A DNA stretch of 64,000 nucleotides from Candidatus Aminicenantes bacterium (GCA_011772475.1 WVZK01000134.1:70793-134792); one strand, 5' to 3'. Numbered from the stretch's first letter, positions 39,141 to 49,443 are shown. Translations and numbers: made by a program. Notes: generated from the sequence alone by a model not told the origin.

Positions 39141-41704
39141 TATTTTTCTCTTTTTATTTTTACAGGTATCATTCCCAAAGAATGTAGCTCCTGAAAAACG
39201 CTGGGAATAAGGCCGTTCACGGAAAACTCAGAATCTTCGCTCAAAAGGAAGCTGGCTCCTAAAACTCCCTTGGGTAAGGATTTATCAATCTTGACGAAGC
39301 CCTTAAACTTCCCCGAGGAGGATTCAACCACTATTCTCTCACCTTGTTCCAAATTCAATTTTTCTGTATCCTCAGGAGAGACCTTGATCCACCTTGAATC
39401 CCTTATAGCCTTCAGACCTTTATTCTCTTGACTCAAAGCAAGGCTCCTGTAGTAGTCCAAACTGTATTCCAGGATCATTAAAAAAGGATATTTTTTGCTT
39501 TTATTATGATTTAAATCTATATGCCTTACAGGGAGAAATGACTTCTCTTTCTTCATCTTTTTCTGAGCAAAGACTTTATGTCCTTTTTCCAGATCAGCGT
39601 AGGAAATATTCGAAAAACCTGGAATAACCTTGATCATCTGCTTTGTGATTTCTGACGGATTCTTAAAGGGGAAGCCTATACTCCCCATCCTGCGGGCTAA
39701 TTGAGATATAATCCACCAATCGGGCTTTGCATCTCCAAGAGGGTCGATGACCCTCTTAAATCTCTGAAGCCTGCCCTCTCCATTAATGAACGTGCCATCA
39801 GTCTCGGCAAATGTTGAGGCAGGTAGAACTGCATCAGCAAGCTCAAAATTCTCGTTTACGAAACTATCCTGGATAACCAAGAACTCAAGATTAGCTTTCT
39901 TTAGATAAGGCACTGGACCTGCCAGATAGAGGGCCTTTAGTTCTCCGGATGATGCCGCTTGCAAGATTTGATTAAAATTTAGCCCCTTATCTGAGGAATT
40001 ATGGCCTATCTCAGACACTCCTCTCAGGTTATTCTCAAGGCCGAGGGGAAAAATCTTTGCCTGGGCCTGAAGGGCCAAATTCCAGAGCGCGGCCACATTC
40101 TGAGTTCCCCAGGGATGTTGAGTCAGTCCTGTACCGAAAAGAAAGGCAGCGTCCTCTGCTTCTCGAAGAAGCACAAACGCTTCGTCCAATTCCTCTCGAG
40201 TTATGCCCGTCATCTCAAAAACCCTGGATAGATCAAACTCGCCAAGTGAATCTTTAAAAGAGTCAAAACCTTCAATTCCGGGATTCTTGGTTTCTTGCTC
40301 TTCATGAAAAAAGAGCTTAGATAAAAAACTGAATAAATAGAATTCAGTTCCCGGTTTTATCTGAAGCCATAGCGACGAGTAGCGATTCAGAGAGAGTTCT
40401 GTCGGACTGGCAACTATGAGTTTTGCACCCTGCTGAACAGCCTTTAATACCTCAAGCCACATTATAGGGTGAGATTTTGGGATATCTTCGCCAGTGAGAA
40501 ATAGAGTCTTCGCTTTTGAGATATCTTTAAATTCAAAATTTAGGTTTAATTCGAATCCATTTTCTCGAGCCATTTCGTCTATACGGGGTAAGGGAGAAAA
40601 ACGATATGAACTGTCCACGTTTTCTGTTTTTAGCTCTTCGCTTGCAAACTTTCGGAGGAGAAAATTTTCTTCGCAAGAGATATGGGGAGAAGCAATCAAA
40701 GCAATATTTTTTCCCTTGAATTTTTTGAGTTTTTGAGCAACAAAATCAAGAGCTTCCTCCCAGCTGACTTCTTCAAGCTCCTTATTCAATCTGATTAGAG
40801 GCATTAGAATCCTTCGCGGGCTATGGACAACGTCCTTTATCAAGAATCGTCCTCTAACACATGCCTGCCCTTGGTTCACTGCACCCTCGTCTGAGGGTTT
40901 AGAGCTTAATATCTTCTGCTTCTTTAGATCTATTTCTAGCTCACATCCCATACTGCAGAAAGGACAGATCGTCTTGGCCCGCTCATCCGGCAGGTCTTCA
41001 TACCTTATACCTCTCTCGGCTAAGGATCCTGTAGGACAAACATCCACGCAGGCCCCGCAGAACTGACAGCCTGACTCTAAAAGAGGTAAATCTAGTACGG
41101 TTCCTACTACAGCCTGAGATCCTCTGTAGATAAAGGAAACTGCAGCCGCTCCCCTCAACTCCTGGCATACCCGTACACATCTTCCGCACAGAATGCACAG
41201 GTTGTAATCTCGATCAAAGAAGGGATCGCCTTTTTTTACTTCTAAATTACGATAAACAGATGGGAATCTGACTTTATCTATCTTTAAGGTTTCAACTACA
41301 TCCTGAAGCTCGCAGCGTCCATTATTAGAGCAAAGGACGCAGCCGGTTACTTCTCCCACCTTCCGAATAGTTGATTTATATTCATCGCAATTCTCTTTTT
41401 CGCTGCAAATAAGGCATGCATTAGGATGTTCAGAGAGAATGAGTTCCAGGATCTCTTTTCTTAAATTTTGGAGCCTGGGAGTTCTTGTCTTTATCTCCAT
41501 CCCGTTTTCCACATAAGTACTGCAGGATGGTGGATAGCCCCCTTTTTCCTTAATCTCCACGATGCAGAGTCGGCAGCCGCCGAACGGAGTTAACCTAGGA
41601 TGGTCGCAAAGTGAAGGAATATAGATACCTTTTTCCCGAGCAACTTCTAAGATAGTTCTTTTTCCTTCAACTTCAATCTTTTTCCCATCTATTGTGACTT
41701 TCAT
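39140..41704 (-). CDS. NuoG / formate-dehydrogenase-alpha-like subunit: N-terminal [2Fe-2S] plus [4Fe-4S] clusters fused to a molybdopterin-oxidoreductase (MopB) domain
   Basis: CDHPRLTPFGGCRLC (2Fe-2S), CILCGRCVRVC and CQFCGACVDVCP (4Fe-4S), CPFCSMGC (MopB N-terminal cluster), then a long MopB-like body and a C-terminal barrel-like tail. No obvious catalytic (A/S)R(V/L)(C/U)HG motif. Confidence 0.7.
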
Positions 41705-43617
41705 TTCTGGACTCTTTGTCTGGAAGCTTTCTTGAGAATTCTATCTTTCTTGTTGCCCGTATATTTAGAAACAGCACTGACCTTTGGAGGGCAGACATCA
41801 AGGCAAGCCCCGCACTTAATACATAATTCCTGGTCAATCACATGGACTTTTTTCCTCTCTCCGCTTATGGCATCGACCGGACAATTCTTTAAGCATAAAA
41901 GACATCCAACGCACTTATCTGGCTCGATGTTGTAAATGATCAAATCTTTACATACCAAAGCCGGACAGCTCTTTTCCTTGATGTGAGCCTCATATTCATG
42001 CCTGAAGTAACGGATGGTTGTCAGCACTGGATTAGGAGCAGTCTGTCCTAAGCCGCAGAGAGATCCATCCTTTACGGATTTGGACAAATCATTGAGCTTT
42101 TCTAGATCCTTCTCATCACCTTTCCCTTGAGTGATGCGTGTCAAAATATCTACAAGTTGGCGTGTTCCAATACGACAGGGCACACACTTACCGCAGGATT
42201 CTTCCTGAGTAAAATCGAGAAAATACCGGGCAACATCAACCATGCAGGTATCCTCATCCATGACTATCATGCCGCCTGAACCCATCATTGACCCAGCTCT
42301 TGTCAATGATTCAAAGTCGATGGCTAAATCAAGCTTATCAGCCGGGACGCAACCTCCAGAAGGCCCACCGGTTTGGACAGCCTTAAATTTTTTATTATCT
42401 TTAATACCGCCTCCGATATCGTAGATAATCTCTCTCAGCTTCATCCCCATGGGCACTTCTACCAGGCCAGTATTGTTTATTTTGCCCACAAGAGAGAAAA
42501 TCTTTGTCCCTTTGCTATTCTTAGTGCCTATCCCAGAATACCATTCAGCTCCCTTATTTATTACCAGGGGGACATTAGCCCACGTCTCGACATTGTTGAT
42601 ATTGGTTGGCTTTCCCCACAATCCTTCCTGAGCCGGATAGGGTGGTCTTTGCCTGGGAAAAGCCCGTCTTCCTTCTATAGAAGCCATCAAGGACGTCTCT
42701 TCGCCCGAAACAAAGGCTCCTGCTCCTCTAAAAATACGAATATCGAACTTAAATTCAGACCCAAGGATAGTTTCGCCGAGCAAACCGAGACTTTTAGCCT
42801 GCTCTACAGCCAAGGTAATATTCTTCACTGCAAGGGGATATTCCATTCGGACGTAGATAAAACCCAGCGACGCTCCGATAGCATAGGCACCGATTACCAT
42901 CCCTTCTATGACACTGTGCGGATTGCCTTCTAAAAGACTCCGGTCCATATATGCTCCTGGGTCTCCTTCGTCTGCGTTACAGATGATGTATTTCACATCA
43001 GAGTTATTTTCACGACAAATCTCCCATTTTTTTCCCGCAAGGAAACCTGCTCCTCCTCTCCCCTTGAGACCAGAAGCTTTGATATCAGCGATGACTTCCT
43101 CCGAAGTCATATCAAAAAGGACCTTAACCAGAGCTTTATACCCATCCAAGGCTATATAATCATTTATATCAGTCGGGTCTATGAAACCATTATTCCCGAA
43201 AATAATACGCCTTTGCTTTTTATAAAAAGGAACTTCTTCTTCCAAAACTATTTTTTCTTTTGTCCTGGGTTCAGTATAAAGGAGTCTGTCTACAATTTTT
43301 TTATTGATTATCGTTTCAGAGATGACTTCTCTTATATCCTTTAGTTGAATCCTTTGGTAGAAAATTCCCTCCGGTTGAATGACAGTAATAGGTCCCCTTT
43401 CACAGAAGCCATGGCAGCCGGTGATTCTCACGTCAACTGAATCTTGAAGATTTTGCTTTTTTATCTCGTCCTTAAATGCTTCTGCCACCTTCAAACAGCC
43501 ATAGGCGTGACAACCTGTTCCGCCGCAGACAGTGATACACTTTTTCTTTTCCTTTTGGGATTCGGAAATTTTAGCTCTTATCTCGTCCAGTTTTGTAGGA
43601 TTAAATTCATCCATCAT
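41701..43617 (-). CDS. NuoF/HydB-like NAD(H)-binding FMN flavoprotein with an N-terminal thioredoxin-like [2Fe-2S] and a C-terminal 2x[4Fe-4S] ferredoxin domain
   Basis: GAGAFVSGEETSLMASIEG (FMN/NADH site), CGKCVPCRIG (N3 cluster), C-terminal CVGCLLCLKNCP and CIKCGACLDVCP, N-terminal CGGTGCHAYGC. Confidence 0.85.
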   Translation of the reverse strand: MMDEFNPTKLDEIRAKISESQKEKKKCITVCGGTGCHAYGCLKVAEAFKDEIKKQNLQDSVDVRITGCHGFCERGPITVIQPEGIFYQRIQLKDIREVISETIINKKIVDRLLYTEPRTKEKIVLEEEVPFYKKQRRIIFGNNGFIDPTDINDYIALDGYKALVKVLFDMTSEEVIADIKASGLKGRGGAGFLAGKKWEICRENNSDVKYIICNADEGDPGAYMDRSLLEGNPHSVIEGMVIGAYAIGASLGFIYVRMEYPLAVKNITLAVEQAKSLGLLGETILGSEFKFDIRIFRGAGAFVSGEETSLMASIEGRRAFPRQRPPYPAQEGLWGKPTNINNVETWANVPLVINKGAEWYSGIGTKNSKGTKIFSLVGKINNTGLVEVPMGMKLREIIYDIGGGIKDNKKFKAVQTGGPSGGCVPADKLDLAIDFESLTRAGSMMGSGGMIVMDEDTCMVDVARYFLDFTQEESCGKCVPCRIGTRQLVDILTRITQGKGDEKDLEKLNDLSKSVKDGSLCGLGQTAPNPVLTTIRYFRHEYEAHIKEKSCPALVCKDLIIYNIEPDKCVGCLLCLKNCPVDAISGERKKVHVIDQELCIKCGACLDVCPPKVSAVSKYTGNKKDRILKKASRQRVQK

Positions 43618-44075
43618 TCACTACTTTTTCTTTTTTCCTGTTTTAATTTCTTAATGATCTCGTCGACTTCTCTCGTCTTCATCTGCCCATGATAATCTCC
43701 ATCGGCAATCGCGATCGGCCCCAAGGCACAAGCTCCAACACAGTTCACGGTCTCCAAGGTAAACTGATTATCCTCAGATGTTTCTCCAGCTTTTATTCCC
43801 AGCTTTCTCTCGAATTCATCAAGGATCATCGGGGCTCCCCTCACGTGGCAGGCTGTTCCCATACAGATTGTTATCAGGTGCTCGCCCCGTGGTTTGAGGG
43901 TAAAGGCTTTATAGAAGGTGAGAACTCCGAATATCTCACTCTCAGAGATTTTTAATTCCCTAGATATCTGAGAAATCATCTGGGCCGGGATATAACCGAA
44001 TTTACTCTGCGCATCATGAAGCAGGTGAATTAGCTCTCTTTGAACCTTCGTATACTCACTCATAATTTTTTCCAT
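43614..44075 (-). CDS. NuoE/HydC/HoxE-like thioredoxin-fold [2Fe-2S] subunit
   Basis: CMGTACHVRG ... CVGACALGP four-Cys pattern and a roughly 150-aa length. Confidence 0.85.
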   Translation of the reverse strand: MEKIMSEYTKVQRELIHLLHDAQSKFGYIPAQMISQISRELKISESEIFGVLTFYKAFTLKPRGEHLITICMGTACHVRGAPMILDEFERKLGIKAGETSEDNQFTLETVNCVGACALGPIAIADGDYHGQMKTREVDEIIKKLKQEKRKSSE

Positions 44076-44087
44076 TTTCTGCAGCCC

Positions 44088-45203
44088 TTATAAAGATGAA
44101 AGGAAGTCCTCATAATCCAACCCAAATCTTTCCGCAATATTCTTTCTGGCTATTTTTCCGCGGAAGACATAAACACCCCTCGCCAGAGATCTGTTTGCTT
44201 TCAAACACTTCTCAAGCCCTAATTCTCCCATCTCGAGCAGACAGGGAGCAACCAAATTGGACAGGACTTTTGTTGAAGTCCGGCTTACAGAAGATGTGAT
44301 GTTGGGAACACAATAATGAATTACTCCCTCTTCAACATAAGTCGGCTGCTCAAGTGTCGTTAAGCGGCTTGTCTCGATACAGCCTCCCTGGTCGATGGCC
44401 AGATCAATGATGATTGAACCTTTTTTCATGGTCTTAACCATATCCTTCGTTATCATGATAGGAGCTTTCTCGCCGGGTCGAAGCACCGCTCCTATCAGAA
44501 TATCTGCAACTCTTGTCATTCGCGCTAGATTGTAGTTGCTGGCGAAGAGAGTAATCAATCTGCCTGAAGTTATCTCCTCTAATTCTCTCAACCTGTCCAT
44601 ATGTCGGCCCAAAGCAATAGTATGCGCTCCGGCTCCGAGCATACTCTTAATAGCACTTTTGGCCAATACACCACTTCCGACTACAACAGCGGTAACAGGA
44701 GGAACGCTTACCACACCGCCGATGATAACGCCTCGGCCGCCCTGACTGGTTTGAAGATAGTGACCTGATATGGCCAGACACATTTGGCCCGCAATTTCGC
44801 TTAGACTCTCGATAAAAGGAAGAACTTCGTTCTCTTCCTGGACTATTTCATAACCGATAATTGTAGCTTTTTTCTTAAGGAGAACTTCAATATTGCACTT
44901 TCTTGTTACAGCTAAATGATGAAATCCGAATAAAATTTGGTCTTTTTTAACGAGCTTACATTCCTCTTCGTCGAGGGGCGATATATTGAGCACAATATCT
45001 GAGCGCCCAAAAACTTCATCTTTTGTAAAAACAATTTCTGCGCCTTGATCAGCATACTCTTCGTTGGCGTATCCAGCTTTCAACCCGGTTCCCGCCTGCA
45101 CATATACTTTGTGCCCTTTTTCTGCAAGCAAAGAAACACTGCTAGGAGTCAAACCAGCTCTGTTCTCTATTTTGGAGCTTTCATTTATAACACCAACGTT
45201 CAA
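44088..45203 (-). CDS. ald: Alanine dehydrogenase / PNT (transhydrogenase dI) family NAD(H)-binding protein; most likely alanine dehydrogenase
   Basis: AlaDH/PNT N-domain start MNVGVINESSKIENRAGLTP and Rossmann motif AVVVGSGVLAKSAIKSMLGAGA. A 371-aa protein, 13 bp upstream of the nuoE-like gene. Confidence 0.6.
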   Translation of the reverse strand: MNVGVINESSKIENRAGLTPSSVSLLAEKGHKVYVQAGTGLKAGYANEEYADQGAEIVFTKDEVFGRSDIVLNISPLDEEECKLVKKDQILFGFHHLAVTRKCNIEVLLKKKATIIGYEIVQEENEVLPFIESLSEIAGQMCLAISGHYLQTSQGGRGVIIGGVVSVPPVTAVVVGSGVLAKSAIKSMLGAGAHTIALGRHMDRLRELEEITSGRLITLFASNYNLARMTRVADILIGAVLRPGEKAPIMITKDMVKTMKKGSIIIDLAIDQGGCIETSRLTTLEQPTYVEEGVIHYCVPNITSSVSRTSTKVLSNLVAPCLLEMGELGLEKCLKANRSLARGVYVFRGKIARKNIAERFGLDYEDFLSSL

Positions 45204-45298
45204 TCTTTCCTCCCGCTACTCAGAAACAAGATATAATAACAAATAAATTCTTTAGGAACAACAATAATCGAATAAATGCTATTAAAAATAATAAAATT

Positions 45299-45382
45299 GG
45301 TAGGAAATGGTAGGAAATGGGGCCAGGCCCCATTTTTCAGGCCCCAATTTTTTGTAGGAAATGGGGCCTGGCCCCATTTTTT
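45299..45382. repeat. Two copies of the GC-clamp palindrome GTAGGAAATGGGGCC(A/T)GGCCCCATTTTT (hairpin family 2), each followed by T-runs
   Basis: AAATGGGGCCAGGCCCCATTT is a perfect palindrome. A second copy has a T at the centre. A related partial lies at 8993-9008. Confidence 0.55.
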
Positions 45383-45401
45383 GGGGACATTTCCACCGGA
45401 T

Positions 45402-45516
45402 GTAGGGATGTGATTTATCAAACCCACCTTTCAAAATATAATCAATAACTTAAAATTAATATAGGGGCTTGATTTATCAAATCCATATTATTGTAGGGGC
45501 TTGATTCATCAAGCCC
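45402..45516. repeat. Three hairpin family 1 copies (GTAGGGATGTGATTTATCAAACCCACC; TAGGGGCTTGATTTATCAAATCC; GTAGGGGCTTGATTCATCAAGCCC)
   Basis: Each has the same GTAGGGG..TTGAT..ATCAA..CCC architecture, with T/C and A/G variants in the stem. Confidence 0.6.
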
Positions 45517-45546
45517 GAAGGAAAAAACTAGCCTTCCCCCTTCTTT

Positions 45547-46530
45547 CTATGTGAACAATTTGAGAGTTAAAACTAAGTAAACGATATAAAGCCCGAAAAG
45601 AATAAAACCCTTCACCTTTCCTAATCGACAGCCGATTCTCATAGCCACTAGCATGGTAATCACTATCAAGATCATGAAAGGAAAGGCAAAGTTTATAACT
45701 TTCAATTCAACCGTTATAGGATTGGCAATCGAGGAAACGCCGATAATCCAAAGGATGTTGAGAATGTCTGCCCCTATAATATTTCCGACCGCAATCTCCC
45801 CTTCTCCTTTTAGCGCTGCGGTTACACAGGTACTAATCTCAGGAAGAGATGTCCCGATGGCAATTATAGTCAACCCGATTATTGTCTTCGAAACAGAAAA
45901 ATATTCAGCGATGTTAACAGATGCCCAGATGACTGCCCGGCAGGTAAGGATGACTCCGATAATACCAACGGAAAATCTAAAAAGGGGCTTCTTCAACAAG
46001 GCTAGCTTTGAGGCAGGGAGATTCTCTTCCTTACAGCTTAGCGCTTCTCCTTCCCTGTCTTCTTTGCTGGTAACGTATCTCTGCTTTCGGAGCAAGAAGA
46101 TAAAATAAAGGCATAAGATAACAAGAAAAAGAGCTCCCTCCATCCTGCCAATTGTTCCGTTTCTTGCCAAAATATAGGACAGAATGTCTATCGAGATAAG
46201 AAAAAGGCCAGCGGTCTTCAAGATTCGACAGTTGATTAAGATCGCCGTGGGAGCAACGATTGCAGCCAGGGCAAGCGCGATTCCATCATCGCAAATGACA
46301 GAGCCTATAGCATTACCCAAGGCAATCTCAGGATGACCCACAATGGCGGCGATGACTGAAGCCCCAAACTCTGGAGCAGTTGTGGCCATACCAACAAGCA
46401 CTATGCCCACGACCATTTTGGATATATTCAACACCCTGGCTATACTACAGGCTCCTTCGACAAAAAAGCCTGCAGACTTGAACAGTACCGCAAACGAAAC
46501 GATTAAAACAGCGATGTAAATATAAATCAT
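45547..46530 (-). CDS. Ca2+/Na+ (cation/Ca2+) antiporter, CaCA / YrbG family
   Basis: Two alpha-repeat motifs GNAIGSVICDDGIALA and GNIIGADILNILWIIG. About ten TM helices. Confidence 0.8.
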   Translation of the reverse strand: MIYIYIAVLIVSFAVLFKSAGFFVEGACSIARVLNISKMVVGIVLVGMATTAPEFGASVIAAIVGHPEIALGNAIGSVICDDGIALALAAIVAPTAILINCRILKTAGLFLISIDILSYILARNGTIGRMEGALFLVILCLYFIFLLRKQRYVTSKEDREGEALSCKEENLPASKLALLKKPLFRFSVGIIGVILTCRAVIWASVNIAEYFSVSKTIIGLTIIAIGTSLPEISTCVTAALKGEGEIAVGNIIGADILNILWIIGVSSIANPITVELKVINFAFPFMILIVITMLVAMRIGCRLGKVKGFILFGLYIVYLVLTLKLFT

Positions 46531-46539
46531 TTAATCTAG

Positions 46540-48213
46540 CTATTTTTTGTAAATGACTTTTCCGTTAAGGATAGTCATTTTGACTTCGGTTTTTTTAATT
46601 TCTTCAGGCGGAATCTTAAAAATATTTCGACTCAGGACAACCAGATCAGCCAGCTTTTCTTTTTCTACAGAACCCTTTATATTCTCAGAAAACTCTGCAT
46701 AAGCGCCGTTCAGCGTGTAGCCTTTTACAGCTTCCTCCAAGGAAATTTTTTGTTCTGGAAACCAGCCTTCGGGATGCTTCCCATCCAATGTCTGTCTTGT
46801 CACAGCCGCGTAGATCCCGCTTATAGGATCTAAGGGAGCCACTGTCCAATCTGAACCACAGGCCAGGATTACTCCTTTTTCCAGCAGAGATTTAAAAGCA
46901 TACGTATACTGGCATCTCTTTCTTCCGATCTTTCTCTCTGCCCACCTGCCATCATCAATGGCATGATAAGGTTGAACAGAAGCAACGATGTCAAGGTTGG
47001 CTATGCGCTCAATATCCGCAGGAAGAAGATGCTGGGCATGCTCTATTCGCCAGCGCCTATCTCTTTTTTCGCTCTTAGCGATTATCCTCTCAAATATGTC
47101 AAGAAGAAGGTTATTTCCCTTGTCACCAATAGCGTGAATGGCCACTTGAAGACCAGCCTTGTCAGCCTGGATAATCCTCTTCTCCATTATTCCCTCAGGA
47201 AACATTTGAGAATGGAGCAGGCCTTTTTTCTGTGGATCGTCTGAGTAGGGATCAAAAAACAAGGCAGTCGATGAGCCTAATGACCCATCAACAAATCCCT
47301 TTAATCCCCCGATCTTTAATAAATTGTTGCCAAATGGAGTCTTTAATCTAAGTCGCGCGTAAACTTCAACTTCGGTTATGGGAATATAAACATAGAGGCG
47401 AGCCGTCAGTTTATTTAGCCTTAAAAGCTCCTGGTAAACCTCAAAGTTACCGGCATAAGCCATATCATGGATAGAAGTAACGCCCAATTCAGCAGCATGT
47501 TTCAGAGCAACCTCAGCAGCCTTCAACTTTTCTTTGAAAGAAGGCTCAGGTATATGCCTCATCACTAGATCCATGGCTGCATCTTTTAAAATTCCTGTTG
47601 GCTCTCCAGTGTTAGGATCTTTGATTATTTCTCCTCCCAAAGGATGGAGAGTATCTTTGGTGACTCCAGCAAGTTTAAGCGCCAGGCTGTTTACAAGAAC
47701 CATATGGCCATCATGGCGGCTTACACAAACAGGATTGTGGAGAGTGACCGGATCAATCCATTCTTTCCTCGGAAGCTCAGGAGGATCAAAAGACTGATGG
47801 TCCCAGTCGCCTTCAAGAATCCAGGCTCCTTTGCCGATTTCTTTAGCCCTATCTTCGATCCTTCTAATAAATTCTTCCCGGCTTCCTGCGTCTTTCAAAC
47901 GAACGCTTAAAAGAGAGAATCCTCCATCAAGGAAATGAGTATGGCTATCTATGAAGCCAGGAAGGACCAAATCTCCTTTTAAATCTACTACTTGCGTGCT
48001 GTCTCCGATCATCTTGCTTATTTCTTGTGAGGAGCCCGCTTCAAGAATTTTACCGCCTTTTATGGCAACTGCTTCCGCCCAAGGCTGAGCGGAGTTGACT
48101 GTCCAGATAGCTCCGTTGAGAAGAACGAGGTCAGCCACCTCTCTCTTGAGATTAGTCTGCCAGGCAAGAGCTAAGGAGAAAAACAATATTGATATAAAGG
48201 CTAATCCTTTCAT
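46540..48213 (-). CDS. Secreted metal-dependent amidohydrolase (Amidohydro_3-like)
   Basis: Signal peptide. GFIDSHTHF metal-binding HxH motif, a later AIHAIGD and a C-terminal D. Confidence 0.7.
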   Translation of the reverse strand: MKGLAFISILFFSLALAWQTNLKREVADLVLLNGAIWTVNSAQPWAEAVAIKGGKILEAGSSQEISKMIGDSTQVVDLKGDLVLPGFIDSHTHFLDGGFSLLSVRLKDAGSREEFIRRIEDRAKEIGKGAWILEGDWDHQSFDPPELPRKEWIDPVTLHNPVCVSRHDGHMVLVNSLALKLAGVTKDTLHPLGGEIIKDPNTGEPTGILKDAAMDLVMRHIPEPSFKEKLKAAEVALKHAAELGVTSIHDMAYAGNFEVYQELLRLNKLTARLYVYIPITEVEVYARLRLKTPFGNNLLKIGGLKGFVDGSLGSSTALFFDPYSDDPQKKGLLHSQMFPEGIMEKRIIQADKAGLQVAIHAIGDKGNNLLLDIFERIIAKSEKRDRRWRIEHAQHLLPADIERIANLDIVASVQPYHAIDDGRWAERKIGRKRCQYTYAFKSLLEKGVILACGSDWTVAPLDPISGIYAAVTRQTLDGKHPEGWFPEQKISLEEAVKGYTLNGAYAEFSENIKGSVEKEKLADLVVLSRNIFKIPPEEIKKTEVKMTILNGKVIYKK

Positions 48214-48268
48214 TCATTCCTCCAACAGGTCGCTGCCAAAATAAAGCTAATCGTTCCTTAACCTCAGT

Positions 48269-49045
48269 CTATATGGTTATTTTTTTAAAATCTTCCGGAA
48301 TGATAAGCCTCCCTTGGTAATTCTTTCTTATCTCATCCTCGATTTCAGAAAGCGGAAATTCCAATTCACCGAAAAAATGACAGGGAATGAGACATTTGAC
48401 CTTCGCCTGTTGGGAAAGCTTCCCCAGCTCAAGCGAATTGGTATGCATAGTCTTAAGGGAAGAATATTTTTTAAAAAAGCGAGAGGGAGCGCTGCAGTCA
48501 TGAATGAGATAATCTATACCTGAAGCTTCTTTAAAAAGCAAAGGATTGAGAGGCGTGTCTCCTGAATAAAGCAAGTCTTTCTTTATGTCCTCGAAGTGAA
48601 AACGAAAGGCCATGGATGAAGAACTATGGGGAACCTTAAAAGAGGCACATTTAAGAGATTCTTTCAATTCAAAGCTTTCTCCTGAATCAACGGAGGCAAA
48701 CTCAATCTTCGCCTTTATTTTCTCATCCCGCAAGTGAAACAAATCAAGGAGATCCTGGCAGAAATGGACAGCTTCTTTAGAGCCAAAAAACCGGATGAGG
48801 CATTTATCCAGCATGAGGCTATGGATAAAAGAAGGTAGACCATAAATATGGTCAGGATGAATATGCGTTACAATAATCGTGACTACCTTGCGGGGATCAT
48901 AGTTGAATTTCTTTATCTTCTGGATAACACCCCCCGGACAGTCAACCAAAATCAAGGTCTCATCATGGTCAATCAGAAAAGACATGTTATCCCGCTCTCT
49001 TGTCGCGACGGCTCCCCCTGTCCCTAAAAAGCATATCTCAGTCAT
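48269..49045 (-). CDS. MBL-fold metallo-hydrolase (RNase Z / beta-lactamase-like)
   Basis: THIHPDHIYGL (HxHxDH) motif. Confidence 0.7.
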   Translation of the reverse strand: MTEICFLGTGGAVATRERDNMSFLIDHDETLILVDCPGGVIQKIKKFNYDPRKVVTIIVTHIHPDHIYGLPSFIHSLMLDKCLIRFFGSKEAVHFCQDLLDLFHLRDEKIKAKIEFASVDSGESFELKESLKCASFKVPHSSSSMAFRFHFEDIKKDLLYSGDTPLNPLLFKEASGIDYLIHDCSAPSRFFKKYSSLKTMHTNSLELGKLSQQAKVKCLIPCHFFGELEFPLSEIEDEIRKNYQGRLIIPEDFKKITI

Positions 49046-49196
49046 TTTGCTGTCTTTTTAAGATGATACTCCTTTATAAAAAAAATCCCTTCTAAAATCA
49101 ACTCCTCCATAACATTTGTAAGAATCTCCATTTCTCTAATTATTATATTCACTTGCTTGGCGAAGGCTGTATGGCGAAAAAACCGTGAGAAAGGAA

Positions 49197-49345
49197 AGCT
49201 CGGGCTAGTGGCTTCAAAAACACACAACTTTTGCCCCAGCGAGGCAAAAGTTGTTCGGTTTCAGGCTTCGCTCTCCTCTCCTGCAGAGAGGAACCATGCC
49301 CGCTCAGCCTTCAAACGGTTTTTTCACCCACTAGCCCTCGCTAAA
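49197..49345. other. Candidate structured element or small RNA: about 150 nt closed by a perfect 10-bp stem GGGCTAGTGG/CCACTAGCCC, with internal hairpins (AACTTTTGCC-CCAGCGAG-GGCAAAAGTT; TCCTCTC-CTGCA-GAGAGGA)
   Basis: Nested palindromes seen directly in the sequence. Lies in the divergent promoter region between the MBL hydrolase and the GHMP kinase. Confidence 0.3.
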
Positions 49346-49443
49346 CAAGAATATTTGACTCGCCGGGACAAAAGCAACGTGTTTTTGATCCATATAGCCT
49401 GAGCCATTGACAGTTTTCAGCTCAGTTTGTATAAAAAGAAGTC

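Noticed and set aside
44088-45203. Calling the AlaDH/PNT-family protein a transhydrogenase PntA alpha subunit
   Set aside because: There are no C-terminal transmembrane helices and no pntB partner. The length and N-terminal sequence fit soluble alanine dehydrogenase. The PNT-dI possibility is mentioned only as context for the downstream complex.
49157-49402. 81-aa ORF (plus strand) in the MBL-hydrolase / GHMP-kinase intergenic region
   Set aside because: It has no RBS and a low-complexity basic composition. It overlaps the palindromic structured element, so it is more likely non-coding.
49141-49440. Possible RNase P RNA, because AGGAAAGCTCGGGCT resembles the CR-I motif
   Set aside because: None of the other RNase P conserved regions (for example ACAGAACCCGGCUUA, the GGUAA/AGGGUGAAA regions) is present on either strand. 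The region is too short for an RNA of about 350 nt. It is kept only as a candidate structured element.
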